Of a DNA stretch of 64,000 bases, positions 37,901 through 50,600 are shown one piece after another. A model generated the notes under the pieces. The model was not told where the DNA came from, did not search any database, and was given only the letters and a program-made list of their open reading frames with translations. Source of the DNA: Cycas panzhihuaensis (lineage: Eukaryota; Plantae; Cycadophyta). The DNA lies in contig CM041465.1 of NCBI GenBank assembly GCA_023213395.1, positions 119,295,741 to 119,359,740 on the forward strand, given 5' to 3'. The position numbers and the translations under genes are program-made. Within the stretch, counting starts at the first letter, position 1; every line of letters starts with the position of its first letter.

Positions 37901-38605
37901 CAACGGGGGTCCTATCACACTTAGAAATAGAATTAAAGTAGAGACAGGACATTGGCATGAAACATGACCAACAATGGTGGTCGAGGAGCTATGGAGATGG
38001 TGTGGGTGGCTGAGTACCATATGAGGTGCATGACTCACTGAGGAGTGCCCCCACGGTGGGTCGTCATAGGCTAAGTGGCGTGCGGTAGGTGCAAGCAATG
38101 TGATCAAGCAAGAAAGTAATGCAGTCATACAAATGATAGGCGAGCATGCATCAAGCAATACACTAAGCAACCTCGTCTAAGCAAAAGTAAGAATGGAAGT
38201 GAGAAACTCATACATGAGCTTACCTATGTCGACTCGTCCCAAATCCATTCCTGGTAGCTAGGAAACACTGCCTCGCGAGAGCCTCATCGCCGTAAGCATG
38301 GTGTGATGGTGAATGTTGGCAATCAAAAATTGTTAATAGTACATGCGTACATATATAAATAAATCATGAATAACATATGGACCAAGGGTGTCAGCGAGTG
38401 TCGTGGTGGAATGCGTGGACAAGGGAGACAGAGACGAGGACAACATAGGGGTTGCCTATATGTCGTCTAAAAGTCGATCTATAAATGAAGAGAACGAAGG
38501 AGAGAGATGCCCTCATTGCTGAAATGCAATGAGTGGTGTGAGGGCACCCAATAGACTAAACAAGTAAACCAGAAGAAAGGCAACCAGAGATCTGAGCAAA
38601 GGGCC
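34921..38605 (-). mobile_element. 3.7-kb GC-rich insertion, most likely the solo LTR of a large-LTR retrotransposon
   Basis: Absent from the paralogous empty site at ~28657-28675 (gtaaagtgcttaaaaata). Ends TGCCTTTGCTC...GAGCAAAGGGC. Minus-strand CTATAAAT at 37556-37563 followed by a CT-rich tract. No pol motifs. The right TSD copy is corrupted. Confidence 0.75.
37556..37563 (-). promoter_or_regulatory. Putative TATA box of the solo-LTR-like insertion
   Basis: CTATAAAT followed by CTCTCTCC on the minus strand, a typical LTR promoter context. Confidence 0.55.
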
Positions 38606-41043
38606 GGTTAAAAATAAATAATAAAAATCACTTAAATAAGGCAATAAGGGCACTTAAAACATAAGGAAAACTTGGCCCACTTCAACTTCAAAACATGCAC
38701 AAGTGTCCTAATTAGAACTTAACCTCCTCTAAAGTAAGATTTTTATATTAATGATGGTTACAAGATGAAATTTTGATAGATTTATTCAAGGTTCATTGAG
38801 TATGAAGCCCAAAATTAGCATCAACTTTGGTTATAAAAATGTTATATCAAATGACTTAAAAAAAAACTTAAAAGATTATCCACTCAATAAGGATTGGAAT
38901 ATGAACTCAATGACTTAAACGACACTTAATTCTAACCTCATCTAACTAAGTTATACATTAAAAAATATAAGAAGGTCAAAAAGGATTAAGAACCCTTTAA
39001 TACATAAACTACAAGAAAATTTTTCGTCAACTTTTAATCATTAAAAATGCTATCAAATAAAGATCAAATATAGTCATGTGATCACTTGTTTCATTTAGGT
39101 GGAAGTGTACAACACCTTGTAGTTTTTAAAACTAAAAATAGATCCCGCTAATGATTAATATCATTGTTAAAATAGAAACAGGTACTTATTTTTTAAATAG
39201 CCTCTTGAAAAATAAATTGGCCCCTTTGAAAATTACACTTTTAGTCACTTGAGAATTGAATATAACCTACAAATGGAGTTATAAGGGGGTTACAAGATAA
39301 TGAAATTTACTAGAATGTAAATTCTAATTACATTAATAGAATAATTTCATCATAATTATGCCTTTTTATCAATCTTGAACTAGGAGCTTCAATTCAGACC
39401 ACCTAATTCCTTAAGAAGGACATTGTTAATGGCTTAAATAAAGGTATGGAATCTCCTTCATTTATAGGCACACATATCTTAAGAGACTAATAGATAGAAA
39501 GCAATAGAGCTATAACTTTCAGCAATGAATAATGAATGACACATAATCAAATGATGATAGAGCAATGAAGTAGTTGTCTAAAAAAACATATTTAAAATCA
39601 TGGCTATAAGAAATAAGGTAAAATAGTTTAAGTATGATCTATTAATAACATTAACAAATGGATACAAATAATAGGAGATAAATGGAAAACATTAAATCAT
39701 GGTAAAGTAATAAAATGGTGCATAATTATTCATAAAGTATGTGCAAATATTATAATATATATAACACGCAAGTCCATAATAAGATTTTTATCATTTATTG
39801 GGATTGACAAAATTAAGATTATGTTGATTTTTAAAATTGTAAAATGAAAATGATATATGTGATTAAATATCTATAGTTTCCAATCATAAACACATTTGAA
39901 TTGATAATGATGCTAAATTAATAAACTACTTGAACAACTATATAGCTGCCAAGGAGACGGAATGAGAGAGTCGAGAAAGAGAGAGACACAAATAAATATT
40001 GCATAATTTTAAAAGGTCACGTATGTATTTTCATATTTAAAGGAGTTGATACGATCTATAGGATTTGACTAGGCACATAATGAGCTACCAATTATGGGAG
40101 GTACCACCAAGATAGCCTTCCAGTTGCTAAAGGAGTAGCCATAAGGAGCATAGGTCCATGAGAGAGCCACTAATCATGAGAGGAGCTACCTAGTTAGTCA
40201 TGAAGAAATACCAACAATATGTGGTTTATTTTAGTATGATGTTAGTACTTAGATAGGCCCAAAGTAATGATGTAAGGAAAAAAAAAAATTCAAAGTATTA
40301 TAACTCTTATTAATGATAAGGAGAGAATATAAGACAAGAGATCTAAAGTCATTACTAATAAAGATGAATATTATAGACTATCATTAACTCGAGGGATTTA
40401 CAAGCCTAGTTCTTACTCAAGCACTAGAGGTGGAGCTAAATAATGAGCTAACAAAGTTCATCAACTAAGAAAATGAAATAAAGGCTGTAACTATTACCAA
40501 TAAAGAAGATGCCCAATTCTATGTAGTGAAGCAGACATCTAAAGTTATTGGAGGCTCAAATAAGAAATAAACTTATATGGTTGCTAGTTGACAAAGCTAT
40601 AGGTAGGCTTTTAATTAATCTTATTAAAGATGACTTAGTAGAGATTGTGTAAAGGATGCTTTACTTGGCTTTGCAAGGGGAAAAAGAGCAAAATATTGAA
40701 ATCAAACTTAGAATAGAGTATAACTAGAATGAATCATACAAACTATTTGCATGCCTAGATCTATATTGATGATGACTTATCTACCTACCTACCTTACTCC
40801 AAACAAATACTATTACAGGTAGTACAATCTTTTTTTAAATAGAACTTGTAAATCATATATACATATGCTAATAGCCAAATATAAGACTATAAGGATTATA
40901 GATATGAATATGATAATGGACATTGAAATGTAATGACAAGATTAATGTAAATGATAAACTAAACTAATAGAGAGTGTATATATGCCAACAATGTGTGTGG
41001 TAAACTCCTCAGAGACTTCTCTATAGATGGCTTATCCAAATGT

Positions 41044-41119
41044 GGCTCTGAACACCTAAATAATGGCTCTGATTGCCTAAACAATAGCTCTAAATGCCTG
41101 AATGATAACTCTAATACCA
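41044..41119 (-). repeat. 21-bp tandem repeat (~3.6 units) overlapping the PBS of C
   Basis: Units start at 41044, 41065, 41086 and 41107 (ggctctgaacacctaaataat-like). Confidence 0.85.
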
Positions 41120-41405
41120 AATGATAAATCAAGGGACAAAGAGAGTAGAATGAAATGCAAGAGAAGGCACTACCAACATTCCATAAGAATGGTGATGTTG
41201 ATGAACACTAGGGTCCTCAAACAAACTAAATAAATAAGTGTGACCAAAAGGATTTAAGAACATCTCTTAAGGTCTACTGCCAACTAATATTGACAAATAC
41301 TTGACATACTGCTACCAATGTATCTTCACTAATTTGGGTTATTACCCCAATGTGGATAATCTCCCCAAGGTGGATATGAGCCCCAATATAGGTATTATTC
41401 CAATG

Positions 41406-41640
41406 GTAAAACTATTAGGGAGATATTTTTAATCACTTAAAGAGTATGAAAAGGACTTATGTGGAGTCAATTGGGACATCTATCATCAACCAAAGTCTAA
41501 AGGAGGTCTAGGTATTATCAATAATAAGAGGCAAGGATTGATATTATGTGTTAAGTATCTCATATAGAGCTAAGAAAAGGAAGGGATATGGAAAATCCTC
41601 ATTAGAAATAATCTCTCTATTGGCAATCCTATGGATTACC
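41406..41640 (+). mobile_element. LINE ORF2 remnant (piece 3)
   Basis: VNWDIYHQPKSKGGLGII..LCVK matches the plant L1 hallmark VxWxxxCxPKxxGGLGI. Confidence 0.88.
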
Positions 41641-44600
41641 TATAGTGAACTTTAAATTAAGTTAAGTCCATCAAACTAGTCCATGAGCACCTATAAAAAG
41701 GTAAAAAGGTAGAGAATATTGATTAGTATACTTAATCTTTAAAAATATGCTCATTACAACTAGCAAGAACTCATAGTTATCAAGATTTATCAGCACAAGG
41801 TAGCTTATGTTGTTTGTTGCTTATTTGTCATTGAAGTTGTGGTTAAAGACATGCAAGTGAATAATATGGAGAGAGTTCAATAAAGTGAACCCATCAATTG
41901 ACTAAGGGAATTGCTAATCGTCCTTTAGCAGGTTTGTTAAAGGCATAACAAAGCCAAGTGGAATGAAAGAAAATTGACTTGCCTTGAGGTGAAGATTGAA
42001 GGCCCTAGTTTCTAATGACCTTAATTAACTTACACCTATAATCTATTCCACACTTACACCATATTTTTTATGTTCATCTAGCAATGGGTGGCATCTCGAA
42101 TTGGTGACCAAATCAATAAGAGGGTTATGTAAGTTCATTGCCTCTATTTAATTCTTAGTTATTCTATTATTTGGTTTATGGTTAACTATTTAATCATTCT
42201 TTCATTTTATTATTATTTAAACACTCTTTAGTATTTTATTATTTCGATACTAGTTACTATTATTATTATTTTATTTTTTACTTTTTTAATTATTTAATTT
42301 ATTATAATTTAGTTAATTATTATTTGATATTTTATTATTTAGTTCAATTCATTATCTAGTTATAAAGATATTTTATTATTATTATTATTAATATTATTAA
42401 TATTATTAAATTAATTATTAGTATTTTTTATTTAAATTTGTTATTATTTTACAAGTAAATTTTCTCCTTTAATTTATTAGTTATTTTTAGTTTTTATTTA
42501 TGTTTTTATTAGACCTTTCATTTTGCTTAAAACCATATTATAAACCCATTAGAGAACATTTAGGCCTTTTTAAATCTTGACTACATCATGAATTTTGCAT
42601 TTAAAATTTAGTTTAGCTCTTGTAGAAACTTAGACATAGAAATCTACTTAGGCATCTCACTCATGTAGACCTACTTGTGTAAAAATAAGAATTAGACAAG
42701 TCCATATTAAATCTAAACAAACTCTGAGTAGTCAATTATAACTTATCCTAAGATTATTAGGTTGTTTAATTTAAGCCCTCACACACCTTAATTATAGGGA
42801 AATGATGGATCTAAAATAGGTACATGAAGTTGTAAAACTCAATGCCTATTTGACAGACATTATTTTGAAAATAGTGATGTGCACTATTCAAAATATAGGT
42901 TGAATGAATCGCTATGAGATATCAACATGATTATAGATAATGTTAGACATCTTATGTTAATCCTAGAACATTAGGAGTATACAACAAAGGGAGAGTGTAT
43001 AATCTATAATAAAATCATGAAATTCAAATAGTAGTGGAGACATGGAGGGAAGGTCTCATGAACAATATCATTATAGTATAAAGGACAATATTGGAGAAAC
43101 TCAACAATCCTAATTTTAAAACATGAACAAGACTCAACATCCCCTAACTAAGGATATGAATAAATCAATAATAAGATATCTAAATTACTATAAAAGCCTC
43201 TCCATAGAAGCTCAAATGGTAGTTCCATTCATCTTCTACTTTAATTACTTGCAAACCCTCCAAACACATCAAGAAAAGAAATTTGAATAATTAGCAATTC
43301 AATGCTTTATGAAAGAATAAAATTCCCACATACCAAGTAGAATAATACTTCTAACTAGAAAATATTTAGGATAGTGAGAAAGCTTCCTTTAATATCTTAT
43401 ACCTAGACAACAAAAAGATGATGAACTTGAATGAAAATATTCATAAAGAACCCCAAATATACAAGAAGATAACCTCAAGATTTCATTCTCATCCATGTCA
43501 AGTCTAATAAGACCTAATATACTAAAGCTTTGAGGATACATCAAGAAAGAGCCAATAATAATCTTAGTTAATACAATGAATACCTAAAACTTCACATATC
43601 AGTTTGTAGTTCAATGCCTATAACTATTTCCCATAAGGACACTTGCATTCCAAGAATATATTAGTAGAAGAGAAGAAATTTTGGTCCAAGGCAAGCTTGA
43701 AAACCTTAAATTCAAAATTAGAGATATAACCTTAAATGAAAACTTTTATATTAGAGATGTAGGCAGAGTAGACATAGCCCAAGGATATCAATGGTTGTAA
43801 ACACTTAAAATCTTTAATATAAATTTAGACAAACTCTTTATGATGTATAATCACACAGAAAAATAAGTCATATTATAAGAGAAAAGACCAACTAAAATAA
43901 AGATGGTGTCATCATTTTAGATGGAAATACTCATGCTTAAGAGGTACACTAGTTTTATAGCCTAATTATTTGTGCTACAAATAAAAGTAAGAGAAGAAGT
44001 TAAGGATGAAGACACAAGTGCAAGAAATAATTCTTGAGTATGACAAAGTCTTCTAAAATCTTTTGATATGGCTACTCCTAAAGCATAAGATGGAACATGC
44101 TTATAAATATCCACATCATTATAAACACCCATATTATTATAGGAACGAGATAGAAATGTAGTGTAAAAACTACTCTACTACAAAGTAATAGTACTTAGAA
44201 AGATTTTATTTGTAACCTCTATATTTCTAACTAGAAAAGATTTGCATGTGTATTAATTATCATGCAATTAACGATACCATAATAAATAATCATATATCAA
44301 TACAAAGGATTAATGAGTTATTAGATGAACTGCATGGACTAAAATACTTTACAAAAATTATTTTTCACTTAGGATATCATCTAGTTTAGACTAGGGAAGA
44401 AGACATATAAAAAATAACCTGTTTCATACTTATCATGGTTATTATGAGCTTAAGGTAGTACCGTTTGGTCTCATGAATGCCCCAACAATATTTTATACAA
44501 TGATGAATAAATTTTTTGCATAATGTTTATAAAAACTTGTACTTATATTTTTCTATGATATCCTAATATATAATAAGGTATGAAATGAATAGCTTATCTA

Positions 44601-47600
44601 CATTAACATTGTCTTAGACCTAGTATGAGAGAGCCGCTTATATACTAAATGCTTAAAGTACAGTTTCATAAAAAAAGGTGTTAAATACTCAGTACATACT
44701 ATCCCTAATGAAGGATTGAAAGTTTATTATATTAGAAATCCAACCCCTAACTTACCTTCTCTTATATTCTCTTATATCTTCTACGTCTTCTCTCTATTAT
44801 CTTCTCTCTATTATCTTCTCTTATATCTTTTACTTCTTCTCTCTTCTTAATAACCCATATATATTAGTAAGAAGTTGTGTAATAGCCATAAATCCCTATA
44901 TATATTTATATAATTCTTAGACTATAGTATCTAGAATATCATTGATATTATATGTAACTAGGAGCTTTCCCCCTTGAAGGGCATTATAATACAAGTACTC
45001 TTTTTAATGTTATCTAAGCATTATGTTACTATGTTGTTCTTAATTAAGGAGTGGTATTCTACCAAGTGGTATTAGAAAAATTGATCTACAACTTATAGGA
45101 GAGTCAAAGGTATTGAATAGGTAAATTTTTTTCCATCAATTTTCATTCTCATCAGTATTTATTCTCATTTTAAATTTTTTCTTGGTTACTTCTACTTTCT
45201 AGGGTATACAACACTGTAATTGGGTAACTACCCTAACACTGCCATTGAGTAGTTTTCCTCTACATTTAGATAGAGACCCTATGTTGGGGGTCTACAAATA
45301 TAACAAGAAACTATCATTTTGGTCTAAGCACATCATGGCATTTCTGCCTCCATGTGAAGGACTAGAGATCCCACTCTTAAACCAAGCCTTAGATAGAACT
45401 CAACTATGAAATTATGCCTCCAACTACCTACGAGTATATAGGATGACCCACTAAGTAGGCTTTCCTAGCATAGGTAACCATAGGAAACCTATTGGTTATT
45501 TATAATTTGTAGTGAACTAGTGAGTGGCTAGCCCTGGCAAGCTACTCTCCACATACTATAAAGATAAGGTAGTATGGTTATAGAGTAGATTGTTAACCTC
45601 TACAAGTTGATACTATTTATGACTAGAATTAGTATATTGGAGGATCTATAAACTAGATAATAACATACTTAGTGTACCTGGTTAATTTGTCAATGGTCTA
45701 TACATACCTAGTTTGTTTATGAGTTAGTCATCATCAATATACAAAACCTAGTATGTCTAGCTAATTTATCATCAATTTGTGTGTACGCAATCAACCAGTA
45801 AGTCAACTGTAAGTGACTAAAAATAAGTCCTAAAATTTTTACTAAAAATGAGATATCTCACTACCAAGAGCTCAACTTCATTTCAAAGTTTAGAGGACCA
45901 TCTAGAACATCATTCTACAAGAAAGCTCCCTTGATAACTCCTATACAAATTCCATACTAATTCTTAGAAATTTTTAAATTCTATTTTTTCTTCTCTAGAT
46001 CATAACTCATAACTCGAATTCCCTTGAAATTTTAGAAATAAAATCCTCTCATACTTTGGGACAAAAAACCCCCTCTAGCTAGAGTACTAATTTTTTGGAA
46101 AGTAGCAAATTTTCACCTTACAAAGGTTTGAACCCAATTAGGAGACCCAAAAATCTATAAGAAGCTTATATACTCCTTATTTTATAGCCATATTACCCTA
46201 ACCACCCTTTACTTCTGAACTTAAAATAGAGTTTCATACCTAATTCTTAAAAAAAAAAATATAATATCTATATTACCTTATTATAAAACATTAGAGATAA
46301 TAGTTTATAGACACCCCATCAAACATCTTTCATTCATATTTATCAACTAGGATTTAACTTAGGTCTAACAAACAAATGGCCCTAGGGTGAACCCTAACTA
46401 AACTAAAGATCTTAATGATGTTATCACACATCTTCAAGAAGACATGTTATAAATCCAAGCTAACTTCAATGAAAATTTTGAAAGGGTAATATTAAAGCTC
46501 ATAACCATAAAATTTTCTAAAGAAGAAGACAACCATCAAAAGTTTAAAAAAAGATTAAATTTTATAATAGTACTTATATAGGTGAGTTTCACTTCAATAA
46601 GGAAGATGAAGATAAGGACAGTAGATGCTTCCATCTTAACCCCCTTCCTAAGGTAGAAATCAAGAAATTCAATGGCATAGATGTGCACATCTTAGTCACC
46701 CAATTGGAATAATACATTTCTCTTCACTAGGTTTCAGTTGATAAGAAGATCCTTCTTACCTAGGTATGCATGGAAACTAAACCATATAATAGTACCAATA
46801 GGTTATGAAAATAATTAGTAGGCTCAGTTATTAATGGGAGGGTTTTTTCAAGGACCTTATAGCTCAATATGATAGTACCTGGAATCACGCCACTTTAATT
46901 AGTTAGCTAAAGTCAAATATAAGGGAACTATTTTAGCTCATATCGTAAAATACCAATGTCTCTCTATGAGGGTTGATGGTTTCTTCCAGGATAAATTACT
47001 TGAGTTATACATTGGTGGGTTACGAGATAACATCAAACATGAGTTACGACTCCTAAAACCTTACAATATCTCCATAGCTATCAATTTTATTCAAAATATC
47101 AAAACAAAAAATAAAGAATCTCGATCCTTTCTACAAACTTTTCTAGGAAAGTGACCATAATCTTAGGTTACTGGTATGCAATAAATAAATTACTAGGAGA
47201 TGGATGAAAAACGATGGAAAGGGTTATATTTTCATTACAATCAAAAGTAGAATAAAGAATATAAGTGTCCTAAATGATGTTTATTTATCATTGAGGACAT
47301 CCAAGATGATGAAGTAATAGAAAAAGTCTCCTTAGAGCTAGAAATAATGACTATAACCCACCTAAGGAGGAAGATGAAGATACCACTACTATATATATGC
47401 ATACACTTACTAAAATTGTGACCTCATAGACACTTAAACTTATTGGGTACATCAAGAAAAGAAAGGTGGTCATCCTCATAGATTCTAGAAGTGTCCATAA
47501 TTTCATTAATTAGAAACTTATTAAAGAACTCAATTACTTTCCATATCCTCTTAAATATTTCTAGGTTATGGTGGCTAATAGAGGGAAATTCTCTTATGGA

Positions 47601-50600
47601 GGAAAATGCCATAACATCAAGTTGCAAATAGGTGACTATAAACTTTTTGTTAGAATATTAATGTACATTTGATTTGTCCCACATGCAAGTGGGTCCTACT
47701 CTTCCATCATGACTTGTATTATAAATACACAATATTGTGTATCATATTAAAATGTTGTTGTAATGATATTCTATTAATACAATGTAGGTACCTTAAGGGT
47801 ATCGTTCAATCTTGTGGAGGTGTGTTTCATTCTATTTGTGAAGATTGTTTGTGCAGGTTGATTTCCAACATGGTATCAAAGCTAAGGTGAAGTTAGATCC
47901 AAGTTAAGCGAGCTTGAGTGATGTGAAGCATTGATTGGTGAAACCCTAATTCTGGTATATATGGAGGTGGCTCCATAGAGTTATTCATGCCTGTTTGTAT
48001 TTGTATGCCTTGGAGATGTTATCAACCCTTGATTGGGCCTATGGAAGAATGCAAACCCTAGTTGTAGAACCATGAAGTCATAATATGATCATTTTAAAGG
48101 TATGTTCAATACTTGTTGTTCGTATGATATTTGCCATCTACTATCTCTTATTTCATCCTATGTTTTTCTTCATTTTTCTGGTTTTGTTGATGCCTCCACT
48201 GTAATAGTTGAAATACTCTGTTCATGCTTATGCCATGATTGGTGTTGAACTTATACCATTAATATTTTTGCCATTTGGGATTCCACATATAGACCATCAG
48301 ATTTATTATGCTATTGATGTGTAATAATGAAATTTTAGCCTGTGTACTATATTCTTTACCTTGCAAAATGGTATTTCGATATTTTTAAGGTATTACATCC
48401 CATACCCATATGAATGTTGTGTGTTAATCATTATCGCCATGTCTATTCTTGTTCAGTCATTATTTATCTATGTTATTTTATATTACTATCTGCATTACGT
48501 TATCAACTGTCTGTGATGATGTATTCAATCATAGATTTTTATATCTCTACTTGATTTATATTTGTGATTCATCATGATTGTTTTTTATCCCTACGTGACT
48601 ATAACTTATCATTATTCTTTGCATTGCAAGTCTGCAGATTTTAGTTAGACGTATATATGTTTCATTTAATCAACCATTTATACATTTATCACTATTGATA
48701 TTATTTTAACATTATTTGACCAATATATGGCATTTCTATAAACATGTCATTATATCTATGCAGACATCGATTTACTCTCAATCATTTAATATATATTCTA
48801 ATTGTTCTTGTACTCCTGTCCATACCCACACTCAGCTAGCAGTCTCCTAAGGATTTTTCACATTTAAAACTGGTATTAGGCTTGAAGAAACCTTATATTT
48901 GATATTTCTAACCCCTCATGCCACTGCTCTCTATTAAAACTCATCCCCCTCAGAAAGACTATAAATATAGTGCAACACCCTACCAGAACGTCTAGATCTC
49001 CTCCATGAACACTTCAATCTCAAATCTCAATAGGCCCAAAACTCTACATAATCTATGACCTTCCTTGTAATAACTCTGCCTTCCCTCCTATGCTCAGAGA
49101 AGAATATGATCGACTGCCCCTTAGGAAGAAGACCCAATTCAATTCCTCACCCAAATTATTGCAAAGAAAACTCTTAATGATGATCTTTTATGTTTAGTGC
49201 ATTATGATATTAGGGTAGACACCGTGTGAGAGTATATCAGGCGATCTAAGAAAAGATCATGGAATATTATTAATGATGACGAATGAGGAGATTGATACTA
49301 ATATAGTAAAAGACAGAGAGCTAAAGAAAACGACTCAGTGTTTTGCAAAAGGAAAATTGAGATGCGCTACTGTATTGGACAAAAAAACTAAAATATTAGA
49401 TTTGAATTCAAGATACGCCAGCTCAGGAAATGTCATCGCCATATTCTGTCACTTAACTGGGAATTTAAAAGGTATGTAAAGTAATTCATAGATTTGATAA
49501 CTCTGTTGTAACTGGCTCAACTGGAAGTGGTGTAGAGAAGAGTTTAGAAATTAGAAGCATTTCAACTCCAATAGAATATGCACCTATGAAAAATTTTAGT
49601 AAACATAAACCTATATCTCCTGCCAAAGATTGGTGACTAATACTTGATGCAGTAAAATTTTATTTAGTCATATGATGTGTCTTGCATGGCAGACACTATA
49701 CTATGTAACGGGCTTATTAGTGTTTTGTCATCGGACAGGGTAAGAGGGAGTATAGGTATGTAGTTTGAGGTTGGAGAACATACGTAAATTCTTCTTATCT
49801 GGGCATAAGATCTGATGTCACTCTATTTTCTGAATCGACATCGAAGTGAAATAAAGTCAAGAGCTTTAACTGATTTACAAATCTCAGCTACTTGTAAGAT
49901 AATTCACAGATCTGCTCTTCAAATTAGAGAGGCCAAAACAAGGGTTGAAGCAGATAAATGTGTTCCTCTACACTCAGTTGAAAAATAATAAGGAGGCCGC
50001 CAAGTCAAATATTGTTCGATTGTGATGCAATGACTTTTAAAAATTATTGTTTCTATCGATAAGGCATACATTCAACATAATATCTATTTTGTGTTGAAGC
50101 TTACAGTTGTAGAAAGCTAGTCATAACTACAAAAGAAATGCAAAGGAAACCTCACAGACATTGCCACAGTAGAATAGAGGCACCGCAAGAATGATGTATA
50201 GGCTCACTACACAAAGGTATTTCATTCCATATTTAATCGCTTATTGACACTTTATTCAAATCATTGTAGTTAAGGATGAGTATTAAGTCATGTTTTGCCT
50301 TATGATTCTTCTTTATTATTTATTAAGGTTTGAAAAGTTATTTTGATATCATATAATGCTCTCTTTGGTATCTTGATGAGTGTATATACCTTTCAAATGA
50401 CAAAAATATTTCATGAGGTAACTTTGATATGGCAAGCAGATGGTATTAGAAGTATGAGGTGATTAATTCATGTTTCTACGAGATGATGGTGATGTATTGG
50501 TGATTTATGATGAAAAGGGTAAAATTAAGCATATTTCATTATTAGTAAGATGAAGCAAGTTAGTATTATTGACTCTATTCACATTATACTTTGACGATTT

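Larger units (their letters stand above)
24169..41405 (-). mobile_element. Element C: old Ty1/copia LTR retrotransposon with internal duplication and nested insertions
   Basis: Diverged LTRs 24169-24455 and 41122-41405. TSD GCAAA / GTAAA. Minus-strand PBS tggtattagagt 41108-41119. Copia pol and gag remnants on the minus strand. Confidence 0.85.

Noticed and set aside
37344-38070. Hammerhead-like CTGANGA cores at 37344 and 38038 (and CTGATAA at 8182)
   Set aside because: No properly placed GAAA or stems I/III, so a retrozyme is not supported.
35276-38170. ORFs 35276-35584, 36821-37336 and 37820-38170 in the 3.7-kb insertion
   Set aside because: Non-ATG starts, no recognisable domain, and expected by chance in GC-richer DNA.
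49200-49620. Minus-strand frames interrupted mainly by TGA (possible genetic code 4 gene)
   Set aside because: Explained as the wobble-aligned shadow of the open + strand frames. No mitochondrial or mollicute gene recognised.
49273-49640. Faint resemblance of F cargo to geminivirus capsid/BV1 or to a P-loop (GSTGSG)
   Set aside because: Only a few residues match and the Walker A lysine is absent. Not supportable without a profile search.
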